Shown here one piece after another: positions 44,274 through 55,227 of a stretch of 64,000 nucleotides of DNA. The notes under the pieces are model-generated. The model was given only the letters and a program-made list of their open reading frames with translations, was not told where the DNA came from and did not search any database. The number at the start of each line of letters is the position of its first letter. Position 1 is the stretch's first letter. The position numbers were made by a program, and so were the translations under genes. The stretch comes from an uncultured Actinomycetota bacterium (lineage in GTDB: Bacteria > Actinomycetota > Actinomycetes > Propionibacteriales > Nocardioidaceae), in contig CAWGVI010000008.1 in assembly GCA_963826015.1 (NCBI GenBank), positions 12,896 to 76,895 on the forward strand, written 5' to 3'.

Positions 44274-44999
44274 ATGGACAACTCGAGCGGGGTCGGCGTA
44301 CTCGACAAGGCAGCACTGGTGCTGACGGCGCTGGAGTCGGGACCCGCCACGCTGGCCGGCCTGGTCGCCAGCACCGGCCTGGCCCGACCGACCGCCCACC
44401 GGCTCGCCGTCGCGCTCGAGCACCACCGGCTGGTCGCCCGCGACCTCCAGGGGCGGTTCGTCCTCGGGCCGCGGCTCTCCGAGCTCAGCGCGGCCGCCGG
44501 CGAGGACCGGCTGCTCGCCACGGCCGGCCCGGTGCTCGCGCGGCTGCGCGACATCACGGGCGAGTCCGCCCAGCTGTGGCGCCGGCAGGGTGAGCACCGC
44601 GTGTGCGTCGCCGCCGCCGAGCGCCCGTCGGGCCTGCGCGACACCATCCCGGTCGGCACCCAGCTGACGATGAACGCCGGCTCCGCCGCCCAGGTGCTGC
44701 TCGCCTGGGAGGACCCCGACCGGATGCAGCGCGGCCTCCTGAACGCCGCGTTCTCCGCCGCCGCCCTCTCCGGCATCCGCCGGCGTGGGTGGGCGCAGTC
44801 GGTCGGCGAGCGCGAGCAGGGGGTCGCCTCGGTCTCGGCCCCCGTCCGCTCCCCCGGCGGCAAGATCATCGCCGCCGTCTCCGTCTCCGGCCCCCTCGAG
44901 CGGCTCTCCCGGCAGCCCGGCCGGATGCACGCCCCCGCCGTCCTCGCCGCCGCCGAGCGGCTGTCGGAGTCGCTGCGTCGGGCTGCTGCGGCGGAGTAG
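44274..44999 (+). CDS. ndgR: IclR-family regulator divergent from leuCD (NdgR-like)
   Basis: [38 protein letters not shown]; conserved context with leuC. Confidence 0.88.
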   Translation: MDNSSGVGVLDKAALVLTALESGPATLAGLVASTGLARPTAHRLAVALEHHRLVARDLQGRFVLGPRLSELSAAAGEDRLLATAGPVLARLRDITGESAQLWRRQGEHRVCVAAAERPSGLRDTIPVGTQLTMNAGSAAQVLLAWEDPDRMQRGLLNAAFSAAALSGIRRRGWAQSVGEREQGVASVSAPVRSPGGKIIAAVSVSGPLERLSRQPGRMHAPAVLAAAERLSESLRRAAAAE

Positions 45000-45057
45000 G
45001 TGCGGGGGTGGCGTCCCCGGTCGACCGGGGGTTCGCCCGTCCGGCCACCGACATCCG

Positions 45058-45671
45058 TCAGGACGAGGGCGCGGTGACCGGACCAGGTCGCTGACGCCGT
45101 CGGCGGTCAGCAGGTAGTCGACGATCTCGTCGTCGGTGAGGCCGTGGCTGTGGCGCAGGCCGCGCGCGATCGTCGCGAGGTACGCCGAGGCCGGCTCGCC
45201 GGGCTCGAGCACCGACGGGTCGTCGGCGCTGAAGGTGAGGACGGGCCGGCCGTCGAGCTCGCCGGTGCGGTGGAGGGTCTCGTAGCGACCGGGCCCGAGG
45301 ACCTGGCGCCCGGCGGCGAGGACCTCGGCCAGGTCGTGGTCGACACCGGGCTCGCGCCACATCTCCTGCTCCACCACGTCGGAGAACGTCGCGGGCGGGA
45401 GGCGGTAGGCGGTGCTGAGCACCTCGCCCCCGCCCTCGGGGTCGTGGAAGGCGATCGCGCCGCCCCAGGTCGGCGAGTGCCACGCGAAGACCAGCCGGCC
45501 GGGCATCCGGAACGGCCGCTGGTCGAGCGCGGGGACCCGGGCCCGGGTCCCGGGGTAGATCCTCGCGGCCCCCGGCGGGCAGCCGCCCAGCAGGTAGCAG
45601 CCGAACCGGTCGGGGTCGAGGTTCGAGCCGTAGGCGGCGTACCAGACGTCCGCGTCTCCCGGCGAGGTCAG
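45058..45671 (-). CDS. Gamma-glutamylcyclotransferase-fold hypothetical protein; start and stop uncertain
   Basis: [10 protein letters not shown] motif, [24 protein letters not shown]; in-frame stop missing, probably an indel near 45085. Confidence 0.65.
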
Positions 45672-46147
45672 AACAGTGCCTCCTGCTCGAGCTGGAGCAG
45701 GACCTGCTTGCGCTCCAGACCGCCGGCGTAGCCGGTGAGGGTGCCGCTGGCGCCGATGACGCGGTGGCAGGGGATCACGATCGGGATCGGGTTGCGACCG
45801 TTGGCCAGGCCGACCGCGCGGGAGGCGGCGTTGGTCCGGCCGAGCCGGTGCGCGATCTCGCCGTACGACGCGGTGTCGCCGTAGCCGACCTTCAGCAGCT
45901 GCTCCCAGACCGACTGCTGGAACGGCGTCCCCTCGGGGGCGAGCGGGAGGTCGAACTCGGTGAGCTCGCGTGCGAAGTACGCCGTCAGCTGCTCGGCCGC
46001 GCGCGCGAGCACCGGGTGGTCGTCCTGGCGCTGGCCGATCGGCCGACCGGTCGAGGGCCGGAACGGTGAGAACTCGATGGCGGTGACGGCGCCCCCCTGC
46101 TCGACGAGCCGCAGCTCGCCGACGGGGCTGTCGATGACGGTCCACAT
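45668..46147 (-). CDS. ogt: Methylated-DNA--protein-cysteine methyltransferase
   Basis: GTPFQ, RAVG, IPCHRV, GYAGG. Confidence 0.95.
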   Translation of the reverse strand: MWTVIDSPVGELRLVEQGGAVTAIEFSPFRPSTGRPIGQRQDDHPVLARAAEQLTAYFARELTEFDLPLAPEGTPFQQSVWEQLLKVGYGDTASYGEIAHRLGRTNAASRAVGLANGRNPIPIVIPCHRVIGASGTLTGYAGGLERKQVLLQLEQEALF

Positions 46148-46148
46148 G

Positions 46149-47628
46149 TCAGATCTCCTCCAGGACATCCAGGGTGTGCCACAGGTGCAGGAGCGCGTAG
46201 GAGCGCCAGGGGTGCCACTCCTCGGCCAGCTCCGCGGCGCGGGTGGGATCGCGGCCCAGGCCGCGCAGCGCGGCCCGGACCCCGAGGTCGGTCGGCAGGA
46301 AGACGTCGGGGTGGCCGAGCGCGCGCATCGCGACGTAGTCGGCCGTCCACGGGCCGATGCCGGGCAGGTCGAGCAGCGCGACCCGGACGTCGCCGCGGTC
46401 GGCGCCGCCGCCGAGGTCGATGTCACCGGCGGCGAGCGCCGCGGACAGGCCGACCAGGGCCCGGCCCCGGGCGCGCGGCATCGGCATCGCTGCGGGATCG
46501 GTCGCGGCCAGCTGCCCGACCGTCGGGAACAGGTGGGTCAGGGTGCCGACCGGCTCGGGGAGGGGGGTGCCGTGGGCGGCGACGATCCGGCCGGTGACGG
46601 TGCGCGCGCCGGCGACGCTGACCTGCTGCCCGACCACGGTGCGGACGGCGAGCTCGTCGCCGTCGGGGTGGCCGGGCACGCGGAGGCCGGGCCTGCGCCG
46701 GACCAGCGGCCCGATCACGGGATCGCCGGCGAAGGCGTCGTCGACGGCGACCGGGTCGCAGTCGGCGTCCAGCATCCGCCGGGTCCGCTCGACGGCCGCG
46801 CCGGTGTCGCGCAGGTCGGCGAGGCGGAACGTCGCGGGCACCAGGGCCGTGCCGTCGCGGTCGAGGTGGTCGACCAGCTCGAGCCGGACGGTGCCGGGAC
46901 CGTGGGGCAGGGCGAGCGTGCGGGCGTACCAGCCGTCACCGGCCTCCTCGACGCCCGGCACGGCGTGGCCCGCGAGGAACGCGTGCAAGCGCCCGGCCGG
47001 CGAACGGCGTCCGGACGGCGAGCCGCATCCGCACCTCGCCGGTGGCCGGCTGCCCACCGCGCTTGCCACGCAGCTCGGTCGGGCTCGCGGCGTACACCTC
47101 GCGGACGGTCTCGTTGAACTGTCGGACGCTGGCGAAACCGGCCGCGAACGCGATGTCGGAGAAGCCGAGCGCGGTGGTCTCGATCAGGATCCGGGCCGTC
47201 TGGGCGCGCCGGGCCCGGGCCAGGGCGAGCGGACCGGCCCCGAGCTCGGCGGTGAGGATGCGCGAGAGGTGGCGCGGGGTGTAGCCCACGCGCGCCGCCA
47301 GCCCCTCGACGCCGTCGCGGTCGACGACCCCGTCGGCGATCAGGCGCATCGCGCGCCCGGCCAGGTCGGCGGCGACGTCCCAGTCGGGGCTGCCCGGGGT
47401 CGCGTCGGGGAGGCAGCGCTTGCACGCGCGGTAGCCCGCCGCCTGGGCGGCCGCCGCGCTCGGGTGGAAGGTGACGTTGCGGAAGCCGGGCGTGCGCGCC
47501 GGGCACGAGGGGCGGCAGTAGATCCCGGTCGTCCGGACGGCGGTGAAGAACACCCCGTCGAAGCGACGGTCACGGCTCTTCACGGCCCGGTAGCAGGACT
47601 CGTCGTCCAGGCGCATGATCGGTGACAT
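46149..47628 (-). CDS. alkA: Ada/AlkA fusion: Ada Zn domain, AraC HTH and 3-methyladenine glycosylase (frameshift near 46987)
   Basis: [27 protein letters not shown], then [22 protein letters not shown]. Confidence 0.92.
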
Positions 47629-47714
47629 GCCCCCATCCTGCCCCACGCCACGGACACACTCTGGCGGGAATCGGACACGGCGACAGCGAGTGACGTCGAG
47701 CCTAGGGTGGTGCC

Positions 47715-48200
47715 GTGGACGACATCGACATCGCCCGGGTCGGCGCCGACGACTGGGAGGAGTTCCGCGAGGTCCGCCTCGCGTCGCTCGAGGACTCCCC
47801 CACCGCCTTCGGCTCCCGGTACGACGACTGGGTGGACGCGCCCGAGGCACGCTGGCGCTCGCGGCTGACGGACGTGCCCCTCACGCTGGTGGCCCGGCAG
47901 GGCGGCCGGCTGGTGGGGGTGGCCAGCGGGGCGCCGGACGGCGACGACGTCGTCGAGCTGATCTCGATGTGGGTGGCGCCGCAGGCTCGCGGCACCGGCC
48001 TGGCCGATGCCCTCATCGCCTCGGTCGTCGCGTGGGCGGCCGCCCAGCAGCGGTCCACCGTCCTGATGGTGCGCAGCGACAACGCCCGCGCGCTCGCGGC
48101 GTACACCCGCGCCGGCTTCGTCGACACCGGCGTGCCCGACGACCACCCCGCGGACGAGCCGCCGGAGAACCGGATGGTGCGGGCGCTCTCGACATCGTGA
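47715..48200 (+). CDS. GNAT acetyltransferase
   Basis: [36 protein letters not shown]. Confidence 0.9.
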   Translation: MDDIDIARVGADDWEEFREVRLASLEDSPTAFGSRYDDWVDAPEARWRSRLTDVPLTLVARQGGRLVGVASGAPDGDDVVELISMWVAPQARGTGLADALIASVVAWAAAQQRSTVLMVRSDNARALAAYTRAGFVDTGVPDDHPADEPPENRMVRALSTS

Positions 48201-48209
48201 CATGACGAA

Positions 48210-48301
48210 GTCGACGTGTCGCTCTGAGCCGTCCTGGGGATAGTCCCTCACGAAACTGTCGCGACACGCCGGCGCCGATGACCGTTTCGTGAGGGACTAT
48301 C
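48210..48301. repeat. Palindromic element, copy A
   Basis: Inverted repeat gatagtccctcacgaaac...gtttcgtgagggactatc; left flank shared with the copy at 55131. Confidence 0.9.
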
Positions 48302-48344
48302 GGCCGAGGGCGCAGCGATCCAGGCGGCGGCGCCAGAGGTCGTG

Positions 48345-48380
48345 AAATGACGAAGACCCGCTCGGTGCGGAGCGGGCCTC
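48345..48380 (-). terminator. Terminator after tRNA-Glu
   Basis: cccgctc/gagcggg stem followed on the minus strand by tcttcgtcattt. Confidence 0.65.
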
Positions 48381-48385
48381 GGTGC

Positions 48386-48461
48386 TGGTACCCCCGACCG
48401 GATTCGAACCGGCGCTACCGCCTTGAGAGGGCGGCGTCCTGGGCCACTAGACGACGGGGGC
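48386..48461 (-). tRNA. tRNA-Glu (CTC)
   Basis: GCCCCCG acceptor stem, anticodon loop CT-CTC-AA, GGTTCGAATCC, encoded CCA. Confidence 0.97.
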
Positions 48462-48554
48462 AGGACTTGCTGGTGCAGCGGCCAGAACGTTAGCGAAGAG
48501 CCTCAGTTCAGACCAAATCCCGGGCCTCCGCTGGGCGGAAACTCCGGGATCTCG

Positions 48555-48626
48555 CTGGGATACTAGGACTCGAACCTAGACTAACTGGACCAGAACCAGT
48601 CGTGCTGCCAATTACACCATATCCCA
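48555..48626 (-). tRNA. tRNA-Gln (CTG)
   Basis: TGGGATA/TATCCCA acceptor stem, anticodon loop TT-CTG-GT, GGTTCGAGTCC. Confidence 0.97.
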
Positions 48627-48681
48627 ATGGTGGCGGGCTTCTGACGGCCCGGACCGACCCCCTGAGGGGCCGCACGGAACC

Positions 48682-49726
48682 TTACACGCGGCTCTCCGGG
48701 GCAGCCAAAACGGCCGGGTCGGTCCGTCGCGTGAGCCCCATCGCACGGGCCACCCACCAGGCCAGCAGCAGGTAGGTGATCGACTGGGTGAGCGTCACCG
48801 GGATGCTCCACCAGGTGCCGCCGGTGGGGTTGAGCGAGGAGTTCAGGTCGCCGAACGCGATGGCCGCTCCGAAGGCGAGCCAGTTGTTGAGCACGTGCAT
48901 CGCGATGCCCGCCTCGAGCCCGCCGGTGATGATGACCAGGGTCGCCGCCACGGCGCCGAACGCGAACCGGTCGAAGAAGATCGCCGGCCCCTGCGCGAAG
49001 CCGTGGGCGAACGCGAAGATCAGCGACGACAGGATGACCGCGAACGCCGGGTGGCGGACCATGCCGCCGAATGCCTGGAGCAGGTAGCCGCGGAAGGCGT
49101 ACTCCTCACCGGCCGCCTGGAGCGGGGTGAGCAGCAGCACGACCAGGATGAAGTCGCGGATCTCCGGGGTGAAGGAGTTCAGCTCGCCCGAGACGTCGGC
49201 CGAGCTCTGCTGCGGCAGCACCGCCGAGACGATGACGGTCGCGATCAGCGCGACGACCGCCAGCCCGACGCAGGCGAACAGGTACTTCCACCGCAGCCGC
49301 GGGAACACCGAGGACAGCCAGCGCGGACGCAGCCCGTGGAGGTAGCGGACGATGATCCACGTGGCCGGGATCAACCCGGCGAGCGCGACGTTGAGGTAGG
49401 CGAGCGACGCGGGCGTGACGTTCTCGAGGTCGGCGAGGTCGGTCAGCGACTCGCCGACGTCCTGACCGCTGAGCGCGAAGTAGGCGACGAACGGGACCAG
49501 CGCGACGAACTGCATCAGCAGGAACGCCAGGCTCGCGAGCAGGATGCCGAGCAGCGAGCGCCACCACGCGCCGGGCCAGCCGCCGCGCAGCACCAGGTGG
49601 TAGGGCAGCCCCTCCCGGCCGGCCGCCGACGGCACCGCCGGCGGCACCGTCTGCTGCGGCCGTCGGGGACGGCGGCGGCCACGTGGGGTGCAGGGCGTAC
49701 GGGTCGTGCAGCGGCGGCTGGGTCAC
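48682..49726 (-). CDS. CPBP/Abi-family intramembrane metalloprotease (probable indel in the Pro-rich N-terminus)
   Basis: EEYAFRG, FAFAHG, AMHVLNN; GTG overlapping the gltX stop is out of frame with the body. Confidence 0.88.
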
Positions 49727-51184
49727 GACAGGGCGCCGGAGAGACGGGCCAGGCTGCGGTCGCGGCCGAGCAGCTCCAGCGACTCGAACAGCGGGGGCGA
49801 GACCTTGCGGCCGGTGGCCGCGATCCGGACCGGGCCGAACGCGAGCCGGGGCTTGAGCCCGAGACCCTCGACGAGGGCGTCGCGGAGCGCGGCCTCGATC
49901 TCGGCGGTCGACCAGTGCTCGAGCCCGGCCAGGGCGTCGTACGCCGCGCGCACGACGTCGCGGCCCGCGTCGTCGAGCTCGTCGTGCCGCTCGAAGGAGG
50001 CGTCGTCGACGAAGAGGAAGCCCAGCATGTCGGGGGCCTCGGTCAGCTTGTTCATCCGCTCCGCGACCAGCGGCATCGCGAGCTCGAGGAGCGTGGCGTC
50101 GGAGTCGTGGACGGGGTCGCCGACGACGCCTGCCTCCTTCAGGAAGGGCAGCACCCGGTGGGTGAGGTCGTCGAGGGTGAGCATCCGCATGTGGTCGGCG
50201 TTGATCGCCTCGGCCTTCTTCAGGTCGAAGCGCGCGGGGTTGGGATTCACGTCGCGGATGTCGAAGGCCTCGACCATCTGCTCGAGGGTGAACACGTCGC
50301 GGTCGGCGGCGATCGCCCAGCCGAGCAGCGCGAGGTAGTTGAGCACGCCCTCGGGCAGGAAGCCGGCGTCGCGGTACATGAACAGGTGGGCCTGCGGGTC
50401 TCGCTTGGAGAGCTTCTTGTTGCCCTCCCCCATCACCAGCGGCAGGTGGCCGAACTCCGGCACCGCCTGGGACAGCCCGAGGTCGACCAGCGCCTGGTGC
50501 AGCGGGATCTGACGCGGGGTCGAGGAGAGCAGGTCCTCGCCGCGCAGCACGTGGGTGATGCCCATCAGCGCGTCGTCGACCGGGTTGACCAGCGTGTAGA
50601 GCGGGTCGCCGTTGGCGCGGCAGAGCGCGAAGTCGGGGACGAACTCGGTCTCGAACGTCACCTCTCCACGCACCAGGTCGGTCCAGCCGACCGAGCCGTC
50701 GGGCATCCGGAAGCGGACGACCGGGGCGCGGCCCTCGGCCTCGAACGCGGTCGCGCTGGTCGGCGGACAGCTCACGGCAGAAGCCGTCGTACCCCTGGAC
50801 CTTGGAGCCGGCGGCCTTCCGCCGGGCGGTGACCTCGTCGGTGGTGCAGAAGCAGTCGTAGGTGTAGGACGAGGCCGCCAGCCTGGCCAGCACGTCGACG
50901 TAGAGGTCGGTGCGCTCGGACTGCCGGTACGGCGCGTGCGGGCCGCCGACCTCGGGGCCCTCGTCCCAGTCGAGGCCGAGCCAGCGCATCGCGCCGATCA
51001 TGCCGTCGTAGGACTCCTGGGTGCTGCGCTCCTTGTCGGTGTCCTCGACCCGGAAGACGAACGTGCCGCCGTGGTGGCGGGCGAAGGCCCAGTTGTAGAG
51101 CGCCGAGCGGGCGAACCCGACGTGCGGCGAACCGGTCGGGGACGGGCAGAACCGGACGCGGACGGGCCGGTCGGGGGTGTTCAT
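49723..51184 (-). CDS. gltX: Glutamate--tRNA ligase (frameshift near 50752)
   Basis: [30 protein letters not shown] across two frames. Confidence 0.96.
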
Positions 51185-51990
51185 CGCTTCTCCACCTTGT
51201 TCGTGAGGCTGCCGAGGCCGGCGATCGAGATCTCGACCTCGTCGCCCACCTCCATCGGGCCGACACCCTCGGGGGTGCCGGTGAGGATCACGTCACCGGG
51301 CAGCAGGGTCATCACGCTGCTGACGTGGGCGACGAGGGTCGGGATGTCGAAGATCAGGTCGCGCGTGGAGCCGTCCTGGACGAGGTCGCCGTTGAGGTGG
51401 GTCTGCACCGACACCCCGTCCTTGAACGTCTGCGGGTCGAGGTCGGTCTCGATCCAGGGGCCGAGCGGGCAGAACGTGTCGAACCCCTTGGCGCGGGTGA
51501 ACTGCACGTCGCTCTTCTGGAGGTCGCGGGCGGTGACGTCGTTGGCGATCGTGTAGCCGTGGATGACGTCGGTGGCCTGTGCCGCCGGGACGTCGCGGCA
51601 GATCCGGCCGATGACGACGGCGAGCTCGCCCTCGTAGTGGAGGTTGCTGGTCTGCTTCGGGTAGATGATCGCCTCGCCCGGGCCGATGACGCTGGTGTTG
51701 GGCTTGAGGAACATCAGCGGCTCGTCCGGCAGGTCGTGCCCGAGCTCGGCGGCGTGGGCGGCGTAGTTGCGGCCGATGCCGACGACCTTGCTGCGCGGCA
51801 GCACCGGTGCGAGCAGCCGGACGTCGGCGAGCCGGTGCTCCTCCTGGGTGGCCTTGACGCCGACGTAGAGCGGGTCGCCGGCGAGGGCGACCACCCGCGC
51901 GTCCTCGTCGGGCTGGCCGAGCTCGTCGAGCTCGCCCGTCACCACGCCGTACTGGGGGTCGTCACCGGTCGTGAACCTTGCGATACGCAC
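51181..51990 (-). CDS. Fumarylacetoacetate hydrolase family protein
   Basis: [35 protein letters not shown]. Confidence 0.94.
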   Translation of the reverse strand: MRIARFTTGDDPQYGVVTGELDELGQPDEDARVVALAGDPLYVGVKATQEEHRLADVRLLAPVLPRSKVVGIGRNYAAHAAELGHDLPDEPLMFLKPNTSVIGPGEAIIYPKQTSNLHYEGELAVVIGRICRDVPAAQATDVIHGYTIANDVTARDLQKSDVQFTRAKGFDTFCPLGPWIETDLDPQTFKDGVSVQTHLNGDLVQDGSTRDLIFDIPTLVAHVSSVMTLLPGDVILTGTPEGVGPMEVGDEVEISIAGLGSLTNKVEKR

Positions 51991-52014
51991 GCCCCGACCC
52001 TAGCGAGGCAGGGG

Positions 52015-53399
52015 TCAGCCGGCCGACTCGGCGAACGCCCGGCGCAGCGCGTCGAGAGTGCGGTCGACGTCCTGCTCCGTGGTGGACCAGTTGCTGACCG
52101 CCACCCGGAGCACGCTCCGGCCACGCCATCGGGAGCCGGTGGTCCAGGCGGTGCCGTCGGCGAGGCTGCGGCGGACGACCTCCTCGGTGGTCGCGTCGTC
52201 GCCGAAGGTGGCGCACACCTGGGTGAACACCACGTCGTTGAGGACCTCGGCCCCCTCGATGCTCGCGATGCCCTCGGCGAAGCGGCTCGCCCGGGACGCC
52301 AGCCGCTCCACGAGGTCGGCGACGCCGGAGCGTCCCAGCGCCCGGAGCACGGCCCACACCGGCGCGGCCCGGTTGCGTCGACTCATCTCGGGCACCTTGT
52401 CGAGCGGGTCACCCGCCTCGTCGTGGATGAGGTACGGCGCGTGCAGCGACATCGCCGCCCGCAGCGCCGCACGGTCGCGGACGATCGCGAGGCCGCAGTC
52501 GTAGGGGACGTTGAGGGTCTTGTGGGCGTCGGTCGCCCACGAGTCGGCGGCCTCGACGCCGGCCAGCAGGTGGCGGTGGGTGGGCGAGGCAGCGGCGAAC
52601 AGCCCGAACGCTCCGTCCACGTGGACCCAGGCACCGTGCGCGTGCGCGACCTCGATCGCCTCCGCCATCGGGTCGAAGGCGCCGGAGTGGACGTTGCCGG
52701 CCTGGAGCACGACGAGGGTGGGGCGCGGCGTCGTCGGAGGCCAGCGCCTCCGCGAGCGCCGCCGGGACGAGCCGGCCCTGCTCGTCGGCGGCGACCGGCT
52801 CGGGTGCGCCGAGACCGAGGTAGCGCAGCACCAGGTCGACCGAGTCGTGCCGCTCCTCCCCGACGAGCACCCGGACGCCGGGCGACCCCACCAGTCCGCG
52901 GCTCGGCGACGTCCCAGCCGGCGCGACGCAGCACCTCGTCGCGGCCGGCCGCGAGGCAGGTGAAGTTGGCCATCGTGCCGCCGGTGACGAACCCGACGGA
53001 GCTCTCGGCCGGCAGCCCGAGCAGGTCGAGCACCCAGGCCTCGGCGAGGTCCTCCAGCGCCATGGCGGTCGGCGTCACCGTCCGCAGGCCGGCGTTCTGG
53101 TCCCAGGCGCTGGTGAGCCAGTCGGCGGCCATGGCCGCCGGGTGCGTGCCGCCCATCACGAACCCGAAGAACCTCCCCGACGGGATGGCGGTGAGGCCGG
53201 GCTCGCCCGCGGCGGCGAGCAGGTCGACCACGGCGGTCGGGTCGCTCGGCCCGTCCGGCAGGTCACGACCGAGCGCGTCGGCCACCTCGGCGGCGCTCGC
53301 CCGTGGCGGCACGTCGCGGTCGTCGAGCGAGGCCAGCCAGGCGCGCGCGTGCTCGTGGGCGCGGGCCAGAGGTTGGTCGGCCAGGGGTTCGTCGGTCAC
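52015..53399 (-). CDS. PLP-dependent amino acid decarboxylase (frameshifts near 52900 and 52720)
   Basis: RFFGFVMGG, WDQN, GFVTGGTMAN, HVDGAFG, DAHKTLNVPYDCG. Confidence 0.9.
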
Positions 53400-53424
53400 C
53401 CTCGCATCCTCGTACCCTCGTGGC

Positions 53425-54219
53425 GTGCCCGTCGAGACCCTGCCCGCCGCCGACGTGGTGGCGCGCTCCGCGGCCCACCGCGCGCGGCTGGCGCCGTACG
53501 TCGAGCCGCACCTCGCGCGGCGGTCGCGCGGCGAGCAGCACCCGGTCCACGACTTCCTCTTCACCTACTACTCCTACCGGCCGGCCCGGCTGCTGCGGTG
53601 GCACCCGGGGAGCGACGTCCTGCCGGAGGACCGACGGCCGCTGGTCCAGGCGCTGCACCGGCTGCTGCGGGCCACCGCGTCCCGCCCCGCGCACACCGGC
53701 TGCTTCGGGCTGCACGAGTGGGCGATGGTCTACCGCGACACCAGCACCCGACACCCGCAGCCGCTCCGGCTCGGCGGCGCCGGCACCGACGAGGTCGTGG
53801 AGGGCCACCGGATCGCGTGCTCGCACTTCGACGCGTTCCGGTTCTTCACCCCCGACGCGCGGCCGCGCAACACGCTCTCCCCCGGCCGCGACGACCGACC
53901 CGCCTTCGAGCAGCCGGGGTGCCTGCACGCCGGGATGGACCTCTACAAGCACGCGTTCCGGTTGGCGCCGCTGGTCGACGCCGACCTGGTGGCCGACTGC
54001 TTCGAGCTCGCGTGGGACATCCGGGTCCTCGACATGCGGGCCGCGCCGTACGACCTGACGGGCGTGCGCCTGGACCCCACCGGCGAGGCCTGGACACCGG
54101 TCCGGATCGAGACCCCGGAGGGCAAGCGGGAGTACGCCGCCGCGCAGGCGTCCTTCGCCGAGCGGGGTGCGCCGCTGCGGCAGCGACTGGTCGACGCCTG
54201 CGCTCGCCTGCTGGCCTGA
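53425..54219 (+). CDS. Conserved hypothetical protein with Cys/His motifs
   Basis: HPVHDFLFTYY, GCFGLHEWAMVY, CSHFDAFRFF, QPGCLHAGMDLYK, DMRAAPYD. Confidence 0.85.
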   Translation: MPVETLPAADVVARSAAHRARLAPYVEPHLARRSRGEQHPVHDFLFTYYSYRPARLLRWHPGSDVLPEDRRPLVQALHRLLRATASRPAHTGCFGLHEWAMVYRDTSTRHPQPLRLGGAGTDEVVEGHRIACSHFDAFRFFTPDARPRNTLSPGRDDRPAFEQPGCLHAGMDLYKHAFRLAPLVDADLVADCFELAWDIRVLDMRAAPYDLTGVRLDPTGEAWTPVRIETPEGKREYAAAQASFAERGAPLRQRLVDACARLLA

Positions 54220-54244
54220 CGGCGACCGCGGCTACGGTGGCCGC

Positions 54245-54523
54245 ATGGCCGACCGCGACCCGCAGCAGGTGCTCGCCGCCTTCGTCACCGACGACGGGCG
54301 GCTCCACACGATCCCGTCGAAACGGGCCAAGCTCCTGGTGGTCCTCGACCACCTCGCGCAGCGGTTCGAGCTCGGGGAGGTCTACCCGGAGCAGGCGGTC
54401 AACGACGCGCTCAACGAGTTCCACCCCGACCACGCCGCGCTGCGCCGCTACCTCGTCGAGAACCAGTTCCTCGCCCGCGAGGACGGTCGCTACTGGCGCA
54501 CCGGCGGGACCGTGGATGTCTGA
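54245..54523 (+). CDS. DUF2087-like protein
   Basis: GRLHTIPSK, Y.EQAVN, DHAALRRYLVE, GRYWR. Confidence 0.85.
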   Translation: MADRDPQQVLAAFVTDDGRLHTIPSKRAKLLVVLDHLAQRFELGEVYPEQAVNDALNEFHPDHAALRRYLVENQFLAREDGRYWRTGGTVDV

Positions 54524-55148
54524 GCCGACGAGCTGTCTCGGAGCTGTTCTCGGAGCCGGTCGAGGGTCGCACGTTCCGGGACGACGACTGGTACGCCGAG
54601 GAGCTGGGCGCGCCCGCTTCACCGACTGCACGTTCACCGACGTGGACCTGTCGGAGGCGTCGACCCGCGGCGCGGTGTTCGAGGGGTGCACGTTCGCCGG
54701 GGTCCGGTTCAACGCGTCGACCCACGTCTCCTCCTCGTTCGTCGCCAGCACCTTCCGGCGCTGCAACCTGTTCGACGCGACCTTCGAGGGCTGCAAGCTG
54801 AGCGGCGCCACCTTCTCCGAGTGCACGCTCCGGCCGATCAAGGTCGTCGGCGGGCAGTGGGGCGGGGTGACGATCCGGGGCGCCACGCTGACCAAGCTCG
54901 ACCTCTCCGGCCTCGACCTCCGCGAGGCCGACCTGTCGCTCTCCGACCTGACCGGGTCGGTCCTGCGCGACTGTCGGCTCGACGGCGTCACCCTGCGCGG
55001 CACCACCCTCCACGACGCCGACCTCCGTGGCGCCTCCCTCGACCGGGTCGACCTCACGGCCGCCCTGCTGCGGCGGACCAAGCTCGACCTGCAGGCCGCC
55101 GTCCTCCTCGCGGAGCTCCACGGCGCCGACGTCGACGTGTCGCTCTGA
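54516..55148 (+). CDS. Pentapeptide-repeat protein (MfpA/Qnr-like fold); N-terminus has compensating indels
   Basis: A(D/N)Lxx and xTFxx 5-residue repeats throughout; an alternative frame gives EGRTFRDDDWYAEEL. Confidence 0.88.
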   Translation: MSEPTSCLGAVLGAGRGSHVPGRRLVRRGAGRARFTDCTFTDVDLSEASTRGAVFEGCTFAGVRFNASTHVSSSFVASTFRRCNLFDATFEGCKLSGATFSECTLRPIKVVGGQWGGVTIRGATLTKLDLSGLDLREADLSLSDLTGSVLRDCRLDGVTLRGTTLHDADLRGASLDRVDLTAALLRRTKLDLQAAVLLAELHGADVDVSL

Positions 55149-55227
55149 GCCTGTCCTCGGGATAGTCCCTCACGAAACTGTCGTCGTCAGCGGCGTGTCG
55201 CGACAGTTTCGTGAGGGACTATCCCGA
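55131..55227. repeat. Palindromic element, copy B
   Basis: 27-bp perfect inverted repeat tcgggatagtccctcacgaaactgtcg (55157-55183 / 55201-55227); contains the TetR stop codon. Confidence 0.9.

Noticed and set aside
42792-46145. 1117-aa LeuC fusion protein
   Set aside because: Read-through across the antisense of ndgR from a lost stop; leuC has its own RBS and ATG at 44198
47700-48461. tRNA-anchored genomic island
   Set aside because: No integrase, no duplicated tRNA 3' end seen, and composition is ordinary
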